Assembly (NCBI GenBank): GCA_012840075.1
Contig: DUMC01000151.1
Span: forward strand, 1,449-65,448
Direction of reading: 5' to 3'
DNA length: 64,000 bases
Source: Clostridiaceae bacterium
Lineage (GTDB): Bacteria > Bacillota > Clostridia > Acetivibrionales > DUMC01
Shown here: one piece after another, positions 21,759 through 31,118 of the stretch
How positions within the stretch are numbered: the stretch's first letter is position 1
Layout: each line of letters opens with the position of its first letter
The notes under the pieces: model-generated
Database searches by the model: none
The model's input: the letters and a program-made list of their open reading frames with translations, nothing else
Told to the model about the DNA's origin: nothing
Translations under genes and position numbers: made by a program

Positions 21759-21824
21759 GGGTGCATTTTAATAAATATTAGATGCTTTTTAATAAATATT
21801 TCTTCATATAAATCAAGCGCACCC
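21759..21824. repeat. Family C palindrome (GGGTGCATTT...GCACCC)
   Basis: Homologous, including loop sequence, to the element at 40940-40983. Confidence 0.6.
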
Positions 21825-21869
21825 GATAAAATTTACCCGGTAGAATTTAATGAAAAAGGGGATGGAAGT

Positions 21870-22568
21870 GTGAGTTCACAACTTTGCAATAATTGTAATC
21901 ACCATAAAAGCGAGTCGAAAAATTGTATCAAGAGAGTACCGATTTTTAGCAATCTCACAGCAGAAGAAATGCTGGAAGTTGCAAAAATTACTACGGATAG
22001 AACTTATCGCAAAGGTGAAATGATATATATTGCAGGCAATAAAGGAGAAAAACTTTATGTGATACATAAAGGAAAAGTGAAGATAACGAGGATATCCGAT
22101 AGCGGAAAGGAACAGGTGATTAGAATTCTAGGACCCGGAGAGTTTCTTGGAGAACTTTCGCTTTTTAGTTCCGAGCCTATGACAGATAACGCTGAGGTGT
22201 TGGAAAAGACTACAGTTTGTATTATATCGTCGGAGAAAATAAAGGAACTCATGATAAGATACCCTTCCATAGCTTTTAAAGTAATGGAAGAGCTTAGCAG
22301 GCGGCTGGCAAGAGCTGAAGAACTGTTGGAAAACATAAGCCTTCATGGAGTAGAAAAGAGATTGGCAGATGCTTTGCTGGATATGGCCGGTGATGGTGAT
22401 GAAATTGTTTTGAAGATAAGCAAAAAAGATTTTGCCTCTCACATGGGTATGAGTCAGGAAACTTTAAGCAGGAAACTGTCTGTATTTCAAGAAATGGGAT
22501 TAATTAAATTGATAGGTCAGAGACGTATAGTTTTATTAAATAAGAATGGTTTGAGGGACATAGAGTAA
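21870..22568 (+). CDS. Crp/Fnr-family transcriptional regulator (FLP/Fnr-like) with an N-terminal Cys/His cluster
   Basis: cNMP-type domain (GKEQVIRILGPGEFLGE), recognition helix SQETLSR, N-terminal CNNCNHH...C. GTG start after a purine-rich RBS. Confidence 0.9.
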   Translation: MSSQLCNNCNHHKSESKNCIKRVPIFSNLTAEEMLEVAKITTDRTYRKGEMIYIAGNKGEKLYVIHKGKVKITRISDSGKEQVIRILGPGEFLGELSLFSSEPMTDNAEVLEKTTVCIISSEKIKELMIRYPSIAFKVMEELSRRLARAEELLENISLHGVEKRLADALLDMAGDGDEIVLKISKKDFASHMGMSQETLSRKLSVFQEMGLIKLIGQRRIVLLNKNGLRDIE

Positions 22569-22893
22569 ATTACTGCTTGTGCGTGTTTTATGATAATTAA
22601 AAAATATCACTTGGGTTTTTGGGTATTATTAAATCACGTGAAATATATAAGTTTTGTAAATCACGTGAGTTGTGTTAAACATGCGATTCATGCTGATCAG
22701 GTAGGTCATATGAATCATGTGAGCCGTGTAAGTCATGTAAGGCTTATGAGAATGAAGCTATTTTCTGCAAGCGGCTGATATGTTATAATAAATGAAAAAT
22801 TTATAATAAGCAAAGGAATAAGCAAAGAGTTATAATTTTCATATTTATAACTCTCAAGGTGCTAAGATATATACAAAGAAGGGATGTTTTTTA

Positions 22894-23361
22894 ATGAAAA
22901 GTATAAAACCCGGCCGCGGTCCGTCCGGCATGTCCTTTATCGGCTCAATAATTTCCGTAATTTTTGGGGTTTTTTGGACGATTATTGCAATTGCAATTAC
23001 TTCAAAATCATCTTTTGGAATAATTGGGTTGATTTTTCCTCTCTTTGGTGTAATTTTTGTAATAATGGGAATAATTCAAGCGGCTTATCATTATAAAAAT
23101 GCTACAAGCAAGGATAGGTTTTCATTGTTTGATATTACTGATCGTTCCGAAGAGGGAGATCCTGCTGATAGTTGGATAAAAGATGAGTGCGGGAACAATT
23201 ATTATAAAAACTTTGACACCAATGATGCTGATATGAAGAAAATCAATAATGCAAGTGTTTCGAATACCTCAAACGATGACATGAATTATTGCCCGTATTG
23301 CGGAAGGGCATTAAATAAGGATTTTTCCTTTTGCCCGAAGTGTGGAAGACGTTTGAATTGA
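22894..23361 (+). CDS. Two-TM membrane protein with a C-terminal zinc ribbon
   Basis: Two hydrophobic helices; CPYCG...FCPKCG. Confidence 0.8.
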   Translation: MKSIKPGRGPSGMSFIGSIISVIFGVFWTIIAIAITSKSSFGIIGLIFPLFGVIFVIMGIIQAAYHYKNATSKDRFSLFDITDRSEEGDPADSWIKDECGNNYYKNFDTNDADMKKINNASVSNTSNDDMNYCPYCGRALNKDFSFCPKCGRRLN

Positions 23362-23557
23362 ATATAAATATTGGATATAAATATAGTGAAGTATAAATAT
23401 AGTGAAGAAATATTATCAAAAAAGTATCAAGAGTGTAGAAGCGTCTATTAAAGGAGAGCAGTTCCTAAAAGAGGAGCCGGCACCCAAAGAAGAGCCTCCA
23501 CTGAAAGAAAAGCTGTCCCTCAAGGAATAGCTGTTCCTCGGAGAAGATCCCCAAAAA

Positions 23558-23612
23558 TTCTTAAATTTAAGAAAATCTTAAGAAATTTATTCACTTTTTC
23601 TTAAGGTTTTTT
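23558..23612 (+). promoter_or_regulatory. Putative OmpR-type direct-repeat site (TTAAG-N6-TTAAG) upstream of the two-component operon
   Basis: TTTAAGAAAATCTTAAGAAA plus a further CTTAAG two helical turns downstream. Confidence 0.4.
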
Positions 23613-23751
23613 ATTTATTATTTAGGCAAGGCTGTGGGGTTTATCTTGCGGATGTGCTATAATAACAAACAAATAATTGGTTAACGAAAACGAAGAAATT
23701 ATGAACAATCATGAGAACAAACATGTGAATTTTTTTAAGAGGGAGCGGCTT

Positions 23752-24471
23752 ATGGATAACTTAAATGAAGCAGGCAAGCTTTCCATTCTGGTTGTAGATG
23801 ATGATAAGGAAATTGTGAATGCGATTTCCATTTATCTTGAGAATGAAGGTTACAGGGTGTATAAGGCATATGACGGCTTTCAAGCTCTTGATATTATCAC
23901 TTCTCATGATATTAAGCTGATTCTTATTGATATTATGATGCCTAGGTTGGACGGCTTATCCGCTGTTGTGAAAATCCGTGAGCAAAAGAATATACCAATA
24001 ATTATACTGTCTGCAAAGTCTGAAGATTCAGATAAAATTTTAGGACTTTCCATTGGAGCAGATGATTATGTGACCAAGCCTTTTAACCCAATGGAACTGG
24101 TAGCAAGGGTAAAATCCCAGCTTCGCAGGTATTTGACATTAGGCGATGTTAACGGTACTAGGAAAGCTAATGTTCTTAAATCAGGTGGTTTATGTTTTGA
24201 TCTTGATTCTCGCACCGTAACAGTGGATGGTGAACCGGTGAAGCTTACTGCAACGGAAATGAAGATTGTTGAGCTTCTTTTGAGACATCCGGGACGCGTT
24301 TTCCCGGCCGAAGAAATTTATGAGCGCGTGTGGCAGGAGCCTGCATACAATGCAGAAAATACCGTTATGGTACATATCCGCCGAATCCGTGAAAAAATTG
24401 AGATAAACCCTAGAGAGCCTAAATATTTAAAGGTGGTGTGGGGTATTGGATATAAAATTGAAAAAATCTAA
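23752..24471 (+). CDS. OmpR/PhoB-family response regulator
   Basis: VVDDD, DIMMP, GADDYVTKPF and winged helix (VMVHIRRIREKIE...VVWGIGY). Confidence 0.95.
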   Translation: MDNLNEAGKLSILVVDDDKEIVNAISIYLENEGYRVYKAYDGFQALDIITSHDIKLILIDIMMPRLDGLSAVVKIREQKNIPIIILSAKSEDSDKILGLSIGADDYVTKPFNPMELVARVKSQLRRYLTLGDVNGTRKANVLKSGGLCFDLDSRTVTVDGEPVKLTATEMKIVELLLRHPGRVFPAEEIYERVWQEPAYNAENTVMVHIRRIREKIEINPREPKYLKVVWGIGYKIEKI

Positions 24472-26638
24472 AGCATTAATCGTATGGTTGTGTTTTTTTA
24501 TCGGAATTTGTATAGTTGCGGGTATTATAACCGGCGGCATTGTTCTTCTTAAGGAAGACTATCATGGTTTTTTATATGCATTGGATAAAGCTTTTTTTAA
24601 ATTAGATATCAAGGATACATTGGAATTTAAGCATACTATATCACTTAGATTTCATATGCTGGCAGAAGCCTTGACTGATGAAAATGCGGAAGAACGGTTA
24701 AAAGAAGTTCAATCTAATTTAGAAAAAGAGGGACAAAACCTTATATACTATGCAAAGAATCTGCAAAACGGCGTCAAACTGTCAAACAGCGAAACTGATT
24801 TCGGAGCGGCGGCAAAGGGATTCCCGAATTTGCCCGATGGGTATGATTATTATATATTTTTTTACGGGAAAAAAATGACTATTGAGGATTCAGGAAAAGC
24901 AGTTAATATTTATGACAAAAATGTTTACAATGCCGGTTATTCGGTGCTGAAGCACTATGGATATTTATCTGAAGATATTGCATTAGTAAATCCTATCCTG
25001 TCTAAATGCCATATACTCTTAATAGTGAAAAAAGACATTGAAGAAGTAGACGGTCAAGAAAGCCAATTGTATCAGATTAAACAGGATCTGAATGATTTAA
25101 AATCCTTTTTTGGAAGAATTTTTATTGTATTTTTGATAGGCTGGGTACTGATTTTTCTATCAATATTAAACCGGGTAACTAAGAAGGAATTTGACGTAAA
25201 GATCGGCAACTTTCTCGGCAAGTTCTGGATTGAAATAAAAATAATAGCAGCACTGATTATTTTGTTTATAGTGGTATTAATTAGCTATAGATATGATTCA
25301 ATCGGCATTTCTATGCTACAATTATTGGCGAAAATTTTTACCGTATTGATAGTAATCTGGAGTTTATATTTTGTATTCATAGACTTATTGCATAACAGGA
25401 AAAAAGTTTTTTACAACAATACCATTAATTCGCTGATTAAAGTTTACCGTACTTTTGAAAGGAAAAAACCGTTCCAAAAAGGAATGCTGTTGAGATTATA
25501 TGTATTCATAGCTGCAGAGGCAATACTGGTTATAACTGCAGGAATATCATTTATTATTCTTGCGTTTGGAAATACGAATAAGATTCCTTTCTTGTTTGGT
25601 TTTTTGTTGTCTTTGGCTATAGGAGTGTACCTAATCTACCGGTATGTTCGCAGATATAACAATACGGTAAGTGATATAGGAAAATTGATAGACCAAATCG
25701 AGGCTATTAAAAACGGGGACGTAAAGAACAAATTACAATTAAATCCTGATGCAGATATGTACAATGCAGCTCAAAGTCTTAACAAAATACAGGAAGGTAT
25801 AAATAAAGCGGTGGAGGCAAGGATCAGAAGCGAACGCACAAAGGTGGAACTTATTACCAATGTTTCCCATGATTTAAAAACACCTCTTACTTCAATTATT
25901 AGCTATGTGGATTTGTTATACAAGGAAGAAGGTTTATCTGAACATATTAAAGATTATATAAAGATTATCAAGCAAAAATCAGACCGTTTAAAAACCCTGA
26001 TAGCAGACTTGTTTGATTTAACTAAAGCAACCAGCGGAGAAATTAACGTTGACTTTGAGAAAATCGATCTCGGAAAACTTGTCTGGCAAACTTTGGCTGA
26101 CATGAATGATGATATTGAGCAGTCCGGGTTAAAATTTAAAGTGAATATACCCGAGTCTCCGTTATTTATAATGAGTGATGGGAAAAAATTATACCGGGTG
26201 TTTCAGAATTTAATATCAAATGCTTTAAAATATTCACTGGCAGGATCAAGGGTGTATGTAGACTTGACAGCCGGTAACGGAAAGGGTAATGCTGGCAATG
26301 GAAAAGACAACGATGGGAAGGATAATACAGCAATGAAAGATAATATATATAGGGAAGAAAATGTAGACATGGAAAATAATATTAACGGTTTTGATGATCC
26401 TTGGCAGGTTACCGCAATAATTAAAAATATTGCCAATTATGAGATGAATTTCACTGAAGATGAAATTCTTGAGCGGTTTGCCAGGGGAGACAAAGCCCGT
26501 TCTACCGAAGGATCAGGATTAGGTCTTGCCATAGCTAAAAGCTTTACCCAGGTCTGTGGCGGTGAATTTGACATTGTAATAGATGGTGATATGTTTAAAG
26601 CAATACTAAAATTTAATCTTATAGGTGAAAATGCTTAA
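24446..26638 (+). CDS. Multi-TM sensor histidine kinase
   Basis: H-box VSHDLKTPLT, N-box NLISNALKYS, GSGLGLAI. Overlaps the regulator gene. Confidence 0.93.
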   Translation: MDIKLKKSKALIVWLCFFIGICIVAGIITGGIVLLKEDYHGFLYALDKAFFKLDIKDTLEFKHTISLRFHMLAEALTDENAEERLKEVQSNLEKEGQNLIYYAKNLQNGVKLSNSETDFGAAAKGFPNLPDGYDYYIFFYGKKMTIEDSGKAVNIYDKNVYNAGYSVLKHYGYLSEDIALVNPILSKCHILLIVKKDIEEVDGQESQLYQIKQDLNDLKSFFGRIFIVFLIGWVLIFLSILNRVTKKEFDVKIGNFLGKFWIEIKIIAALIILFIVVLISYRYDSIGISMLQLLAKIFTVLIVIWSLYFVFIDLLHNRKKVFYNNTINSLIKVYRTFERKKPFQKGMLLRLYVFIAAEAILVITAGISFIILAFGNTNKIPFLFGFLLSLAIGVYLIYRYVRRYNNTVSDIGKLIDQIEAIKNGDVKNKLQLNPDADMYNAAQSLNKIQEGINKAVEARIRSERTKVELITNVSHDLKTPLTSIISYVDLLYKEEGLSEHIKDYIKIIKQKSDRLKTLIADLFDLTKATSGEINVDFEKIDLGKLVWQTLADMNDDIEQSGLKFKVNIPESPLFIMSDGKKLYRVFQNLISNALKYSLAGSRVYVDLTAGNGKGNAGNGKDNDGKDNTAMKDNIYREENVDMENNINGFDDPWQVTAIIKNIANYEMNFTEDEILERFARGDKARSTEGSGLGLAIAKSFTQVCGGEFDIVIDGDMFKAILKFNLIGENA

Positions 26639-26809
26639 TACTATTTACAGGTCGGTTTTAGTATCATTTGCTAATTAATGGGGATGATAATTAATGGGAA
26701 TCATTAGCTAATTTATTTTGCTAAACGTTAAGCTGAACCTAGCCAAAAATGAAAGCTATTGAATGTTTTCAAAATCCAAGCTGTTGGAGGTTTCTTATAT
26801 ATGGGTTAT

Positions 26810-26856
26810 AAACAGGAGTAATTTGTACAAGGTGTCGTACAAATTACTCCTGTTTA
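26810..26856 (+). terminator. Hairpin (terminator-like) abutting the next promoter
   Basis: AAACAGGAGTAATTTGTAC-aaggtgtc-GTACAAATTACTCCTGTTT. Confidence 0.65.
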
Positions 26857-26857
26857 A

Positions 26858-26886
26858 TTGACAAAATTCTTTATTTTATGTACAAT
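26858..26886 (+). promoter_or_regulatory. SigA-type promoter of the Phd-Uma2 gene, overlapped by TGTACA
   Basis: TTGACA-N17-TACAAT with an extended TG. Confidence 0.75.
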
Positions 26887-27050
26887 ATATTAATAGAATG
26901 ACCCATCTTTTGCACAATATACCGTACAAAATAATGCACATTACCATATAACAATTATATGGTAATGTAAAATATGGTGCTTAATATGAAATTTTCATAA
27001 TTTACAATATAATTTCCATTGCGTAATAAGTATAAGGGAGGCAATCTATC

Positions 27051-27794
27051 ATGTTGGTTCCTGCCAGCAAAGTGAGAAATAATTTTAGCAAATACTTAAA
27101 ACAAGTTTCGGGAGAAAACAAGGAAATAATTATCACAAAAAACAATGTAAAAGTGGCAAGGTTGGTGCCTTATATAACTGACCTCGACAAGTATTTTACT
27201 ATACGTGAAAATGCCGTTGACTATAATTATAACCACAGAAAGGTTTCATACGAAGAATTCATGGAAATTTACGAAAACAGCAATGCCAGGATGGAATACA
27301 TAAACGGAGAGATATTTCTTTTAAGTTCTCCAAGTGTTTTTCATCAGGCAGTACTAGGAGATTTGTACACAATTTTTAAGGAGTATTTTAAAAAGGGGAA
27401 GTGCAGAGTTTTTACGGCACCATTTGACGTACATTTCAGGAAAACGGATATAGATGTTCCTGATGTAATGCAGCCTGATTTACTTGTAATATGTGACATT
27501 AAGAATAATATTAATGAAAAAGGCAAGTATATGGGAACACCTACGTTGACACTTGAAATAGTATCTCCCAACACAAAAAGAAAGGACATGGTTTTAAAAC
27601 TTAATACCTACATGAGGTCCGGAGTAGCCGAATATTGGATTGTGGAACCGGAGAACCGAAGAATTACAATATATAATTTTATTAATTATGAAATTGATAA
27701 GAACGAGGTTTATAAAGCGGGAGAAATAGCCAAATCCATAATCTTTGAAAGACTTGAAATTGATGTTGGTTATTTATTTGAACAAGGATTTTAA
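27051..27794 (+). CDS. Phd/YefM antitoxin-like domain fused to a Uma2-family PD-(D/E)xK endonuclease
   Basis: N-terminus ASKVRNNFSKYL...EIIITKNNVKVARLVP (Phd). C-terminus EYINGEIF..SP..HQ, QPDLLVIC, LEIVSP, GVAEYWIVEP (Uma2). Confidence 0.87.
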   Translation: MLVPASKVRNNFSKYLKQVSGENKEIIITKNNVKVARLVPYITDLDKYFTIRENAVDYNYNHRKVSYEEFMEIYENSNARMEYINGEIFLLSSPSVFHQAVLGDLYTIFKEYFKKGKCRVFTAPFDVHFRKTDIDVPDVMQPDLLVICDIKNNINEKGKYMGTPTLTLEIVSPNTKRKDMVLKLNTYMRSGVAEYWIVEPENRRITIYNFINYEIDKNEVYKAGEIAKSIIFERLEIDVGYLFEQGF

Positions 27795-28078
27795 GCGTTT
27801 TATTATATATTTGTCAACCCGGTTAACATCAAGGTTTAGAATATCAAATCTTTTGACAACTGTCATACCTTTGTAGTATACTTAATTATATACAATAGAA
27901 ATACAATAGTATATTTACAATAGCTTAATCCAAAACAACATAACTAAAATTGTACAGGGATTCAGCAGAGTTTCAGGATAGCTGAAGTTGATATGGTTAC
28001 CAAATATTACGACATATTTTTATCAAACACAATTAAAGGTGAGGGTATATTTTGTTGAACTTTTCGGGGGAGTTTATA

Positions 28079-28558
28079 ATGTTTAACATAGGGGACAAGA
28101 TTGTTTATCCAATGCACGGAGCAGGTGTAATCGAGTCCATTGAGGAAAAAGAGATATTGGGACACAAACAAAACTATTATATCGTGAGGATTCCCATAGG
28201 AGATATGAAAGTAATGATACCTATAGAAAGCGTTGATGAGATCGGCATAAGGGAAATCATTGATGAAGAACAAGCAGATGAGGTCCTTAACGCACTTAAG
28301 CAGAAAACCACCTATGAAACGGGAAACTGGAACAAAAGGTACAGGGAGAATATGTTAAAAATTAAAAGCGGGAATATTTTTGAAGTGGCTGAGGTAGTTA
28401 AAAGCTTAATGCTGAGAGACAAGGAAAAAGGACTTTCAACCGGAGAGAAAAAGATGCTAAATAGTGCCAGGCAGATACTAATAAGTGAGTTGGTTTTGGT
28501 AAAAAATAAAACACCGGAGGAAATAGAAAATATTATTGAAAGCAACATAGGACTTTAA
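28079..28558 (+). CDS. carD: CarD-family transcriptional regulator
   Basis: FNIGDKIVYPMHGAG, NWNKRYREN, LSTGEKKML. Conserved position before the PIN/TRAM gene. Confidence 0.93.
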   Translation: MFNIGDKIVYPMHGAGVIESIEEKEILGHKQNYYIVRIPIGDMKVMIPIESVDEIGIREIIDEEQADEVLNALKQKTTYETGNWNKRYRENMLKIKSGNIFEVAEVVKSLMLRDKEKGLSTGEKKMLNSARQILISELVLVKNKTPEEIENIIESNIGL

Positions 28559-28643
28559 TTCGATGGCATAAAATACGTAGCTCGTATGTAGTTAAAATGT
28601 GGAAGTAAAGATTAAGTTAAATTGTTAAATAGGTGAGTTAAAT

Positions 28644-29696
28644 ATGGTTGTAAACAATGTGATTAAACTTTCCTTCACTGCTTTTGGAGCTATTACCGGA
28701 TATAATGTAACAAGAGCAATTTTTTCAATTTATCAATTGGATATTCAGCCTGATCTTAAAACAGCAATATATATGGCGGCAATAATATTGGCATCGACTA
28801 TTTTCTACTTTATTGGTATAAAGACAATGAATTCTTTGGCAAATTTCTTTGACAAGCTTGAAAAAACCATACAAGCCATGACTTTATACGAAATTTTCAT
28901 GAGTTCGGTGGGGCTTGTATTAGGTCTTATAATAGCCAATCTTATTGCAATACCCATCAATAAACTTAATATTGTCGGGGTTCCGCTATCTATTGCCATT
29001 AATATTCTATTTGGTTCACTAGGAGTAGCAATTGCTTCATTGAAGAAAAATGAGCCTTTTCCGGATTTCAAAAAGAGACACAGTGATCATAAAAAAGTAG
29101 TTGACACAAGTGTGATAATCGACGGAAGAATTGTTGACATATGGCGTGCAGGTTTCTTGGAAGGAGAATTAATAGTACCTTCTTTTGTACTTAAAGAATT
29201 GCAGCATATTGCAGATTCTTCCGATCAATTAAAAAGAAATCGCGGAAGAAGGGGTTTGGATGTACTTAATATTCTTCAAAAGGAGCTCAATTGTCCTGTG
29301 AAAATAGAAAATGTGGAGCTCTCTGAAGGCGCAGAAGTAGACATGGAGCTTTTAAAACTGGCCAAAAAGTTAGGGGCAAAAGTACTTACAATAGATTATA
29401 ATCTAAACAAAGTAGCATCTGTGCATGGTGTTGATGTATTAAACATAAATGAGTTGTCTAATGCCGTGAAACCCATTGCCTTACCCGGAGAAGAAATGGT
29501 GGTTCAGGTAATAAAAGACGGTAAAGAAAACGGACAGGGAATAGGTTATCTTGAAGACGGAACCATGATTGTAGTTGATGGTGGAAAACGCTACATAGGA
29601 GAAAGAATAAATGTATTAGTAACAAGCGTTTTACAAACTGCTGCTGGACGTATGATTTTTGCCAAACCAAAATATACGGTTGAAAGGATAGTTTGA
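28644..29696 (+). CDS. yacL: PIN/TRAM domain membrane protein (YacL family)
   Basis: DTSVIIDGRI, RGRRGLD, GKENGQGIGYLEDGTMIVV, QTAAGRMIFA. Confidence 0.92.
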   Translation: MVVNNVIKLSFTAFGAITGYNVTRAIFSIYQLDIQPDLKTAIYMAAIILASTIFYFIGIKTMNSLANFFDKLEKTIQAMTLYEIFMSSVGLVLGLIIANLIAIPINKLNIVGVPLSIAINILFGSLGVAIASLKKNEPFPDFKKRHSDHKKVVDTSVIIDGRIVDIWRAGFLEGELIVPSFVLKELQHIADSSDQLKRNRGRRGLDVLNILQKELNCPVKIENVELSEGAEVDMELLKLAKKLGAKVLTIDYNLNKVASVHGVDVLNINELSNAVKPIALPGEEMVVQVIKDGKENGQGIGYLEDGTMIVVDGGKRYIGERINVLVTSVLQTAAGRMIFAKPKYTVERIV

Positions 29697-29699
29697 AAA

Positions 29700-30431
29700 G
29701 TGAAAAAACGTGAAGAAATATTTGTCAGTGTGATTATAGCAGCAGCAGGAAGAGGAACCCGTATGAACTCCGGCATTAACAAGCAATACATTGATATTTG
29801 CGGAGTACCGGTGCTTGCAAGGACGATTGGGATATTTCAAGAATGTAAAACGGTTAATGAAATAATTGTAGTTGTAAATAGAGATGACATAATATATTGC
29901 AAAAAGAATATAGTTGATGAATATAAGTTTACAAAAGTATCTCAAATAATTGCAGGTGGAGACAGCAGGCAAAAGTCTGTATTAAATGGGTTGAATGCCG
30001 TTAATTCGAATACTGAAATTGTTTTAATACATGACGGTGCAAGGCCTTTTGTAAAACAGGAGATCATAATTGAAAGCATTGATGCGGCAAAGAAATTTGG
30101 GGCAGCTTGTGTTGCAGTGCCTGTAAAAGATACTGTTAAAAGAGCGGTAGTAAAAGACGGACAAAATTTTGTTGTTGAAACCATTCCAAGAGAAACACTC
30201 TGGTTGATTCAAACTCCTCAAGCATTTCGTTATTCTTTGATAAAACAAGCCCACAAGAAGGCATCCGAAGAAGGATTTGAAGGAACGGACGATAGTATTC
30301 TGGTAGAGAGATTAGGGCTTCCGGTGAAAATTGTCATGGGAAGTTATGATAATATAAAAATTACAACCTGGGAAGATTTGGTCATAGGAGAAGCCATATT
30401 GACCAAATCTGAGTTAAGTTTAAAGGGTTGA
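29700..30431 (+). CDS. ispD: 2-C-methyl-D-erythritol 4-phosphate cytidylyltransferase
   Basis: AAGRGTRM, IHDGARPF, QTPQAF, NIKITT. Confidence 0.95.
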   Translation: MKKREEIFVSVIIAAAGRGTRMNSGINKQYIDICGVPVLARTIGIFQECKTVNEIIVVVNRDDIIYCKKNIVDEYKFTKVSQIIAGGDSRQKSVLNGLNAVNSNTEIVLIHDGARPFVKQEIIIESIDAAKKFGAACVAVPVKDTVKRAVVKDGQNFVVETIPRETLWLIQTPQAFRYSLIKQAHKKASEEGFEGTDDSILVERLGLPVKIVMGSYDNIKITTWEDLVIGEAILTKSELSLKG

Positions 30432-30439
30432 GCTAAGTG

Positions 30440-30913
30440 TCACGGACTGACGGTGATGCAGCTAAATACTTGAATACCCAAACCTTTTCCGAAATCGGTA
30501 AGACCTTCTCCTGATGTTGCGGTTATCCCAATACAATTTTCCGGGATGTTCAACAGCTTAGAAAGATTTTTTCGAATTTCCGGTATCTTCGGAGATATTT
30601 TTGGAGTTTTGCATTCGATTGAAATTGAAAGATGGATGATTTTGCTGTCACCTAAGTATTTCATGGCTTCTTTGACATAATAAGAGCTGTCTTTTATATT
30701 TTCTTCAAAACACATTCTGTCGCTAATTTCACCAAGAATGTTAACACAAGTAACTCCTGAGATGGCGTTAGTAATGGAATGAAGTATTACATCGGCATCA
30801 CTGTTGCCTTTTAAAGGAGGGTGCCCTTCGAAAACTACTCCTCCCAGTATCAGTTTCTTTTCTTTGTCTTCAAAATCAAATCTATGACTATCCTGCCCGA
30901 TTCCAACTCTCAT
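30440..30913 (-). CDS. ispF: 2-C-methyl-D-erythritol 2,4-cyclodiphosphate synthase
   Basis: RVGIGQDSH, LILGGV, SDADVILH, ATSGEGL. Confidence 0.9.
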   Translation of the reverse strand: MRVGIGQDSHRFDFEDKEKKLILGGVVFEGHPPLKGNSDADVILHSITNAISGVTCVNILGEISDRMCFEENIKDSSYYVKEAMKYLGDSKIIHLSISIECKTPKISPKIPEIRKNLSKLLNIPENCIGITATSGEGLTDFGKGLGIQVFSCITVSP

Positions 30914-31051
30914 AAAAACATCCTTTCTTGATTAAAATAATTCTCTCTTGGTGAGTATAATTAATAATTCTTTTTATAAAAACATTATCATTAAAATGTA
31001 TTGGTATCAAGGCGTAATATTACCTGAACGCATCAATATAGCATTGCAGTG

Positions 31052-31080
31052 TTGACTTAACTCTTTACGTAATGTATAGT
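31052..31080 (+). promoter_or_regulatory. SigA-type promoter of proS
   Basis: TTGACT-N17-TATAGT with a TG extension. Short leader. Confidence 0.6.
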
Positions 31081-31118
31081 TTTGTAAAGTATAGATGGAA
31101 GGGTGGGGTAGGATTTTC

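Noticed and set aside
22590-22778. 62-aa His/Val-periodic ORF that looks like a metal-binding peptide after the Crp/Fnr gene
   Set aside because: The periodicity follows from a 9-bp degenerate DNA repeat like others in the window, and there is no RBS.
23450-23550. 18-bp repeat region that translates as KEEPAPKEEPPLKE
   Set aside because: No start codon or RBS, and an in-frame stop. Treated as a non-coding tandem array.
30914-31118. T-box leader upstream of proS
   Set aside because: No T-box consensus or terminator is present, and a SigA promoter lies only about 40 nt before the start codon.
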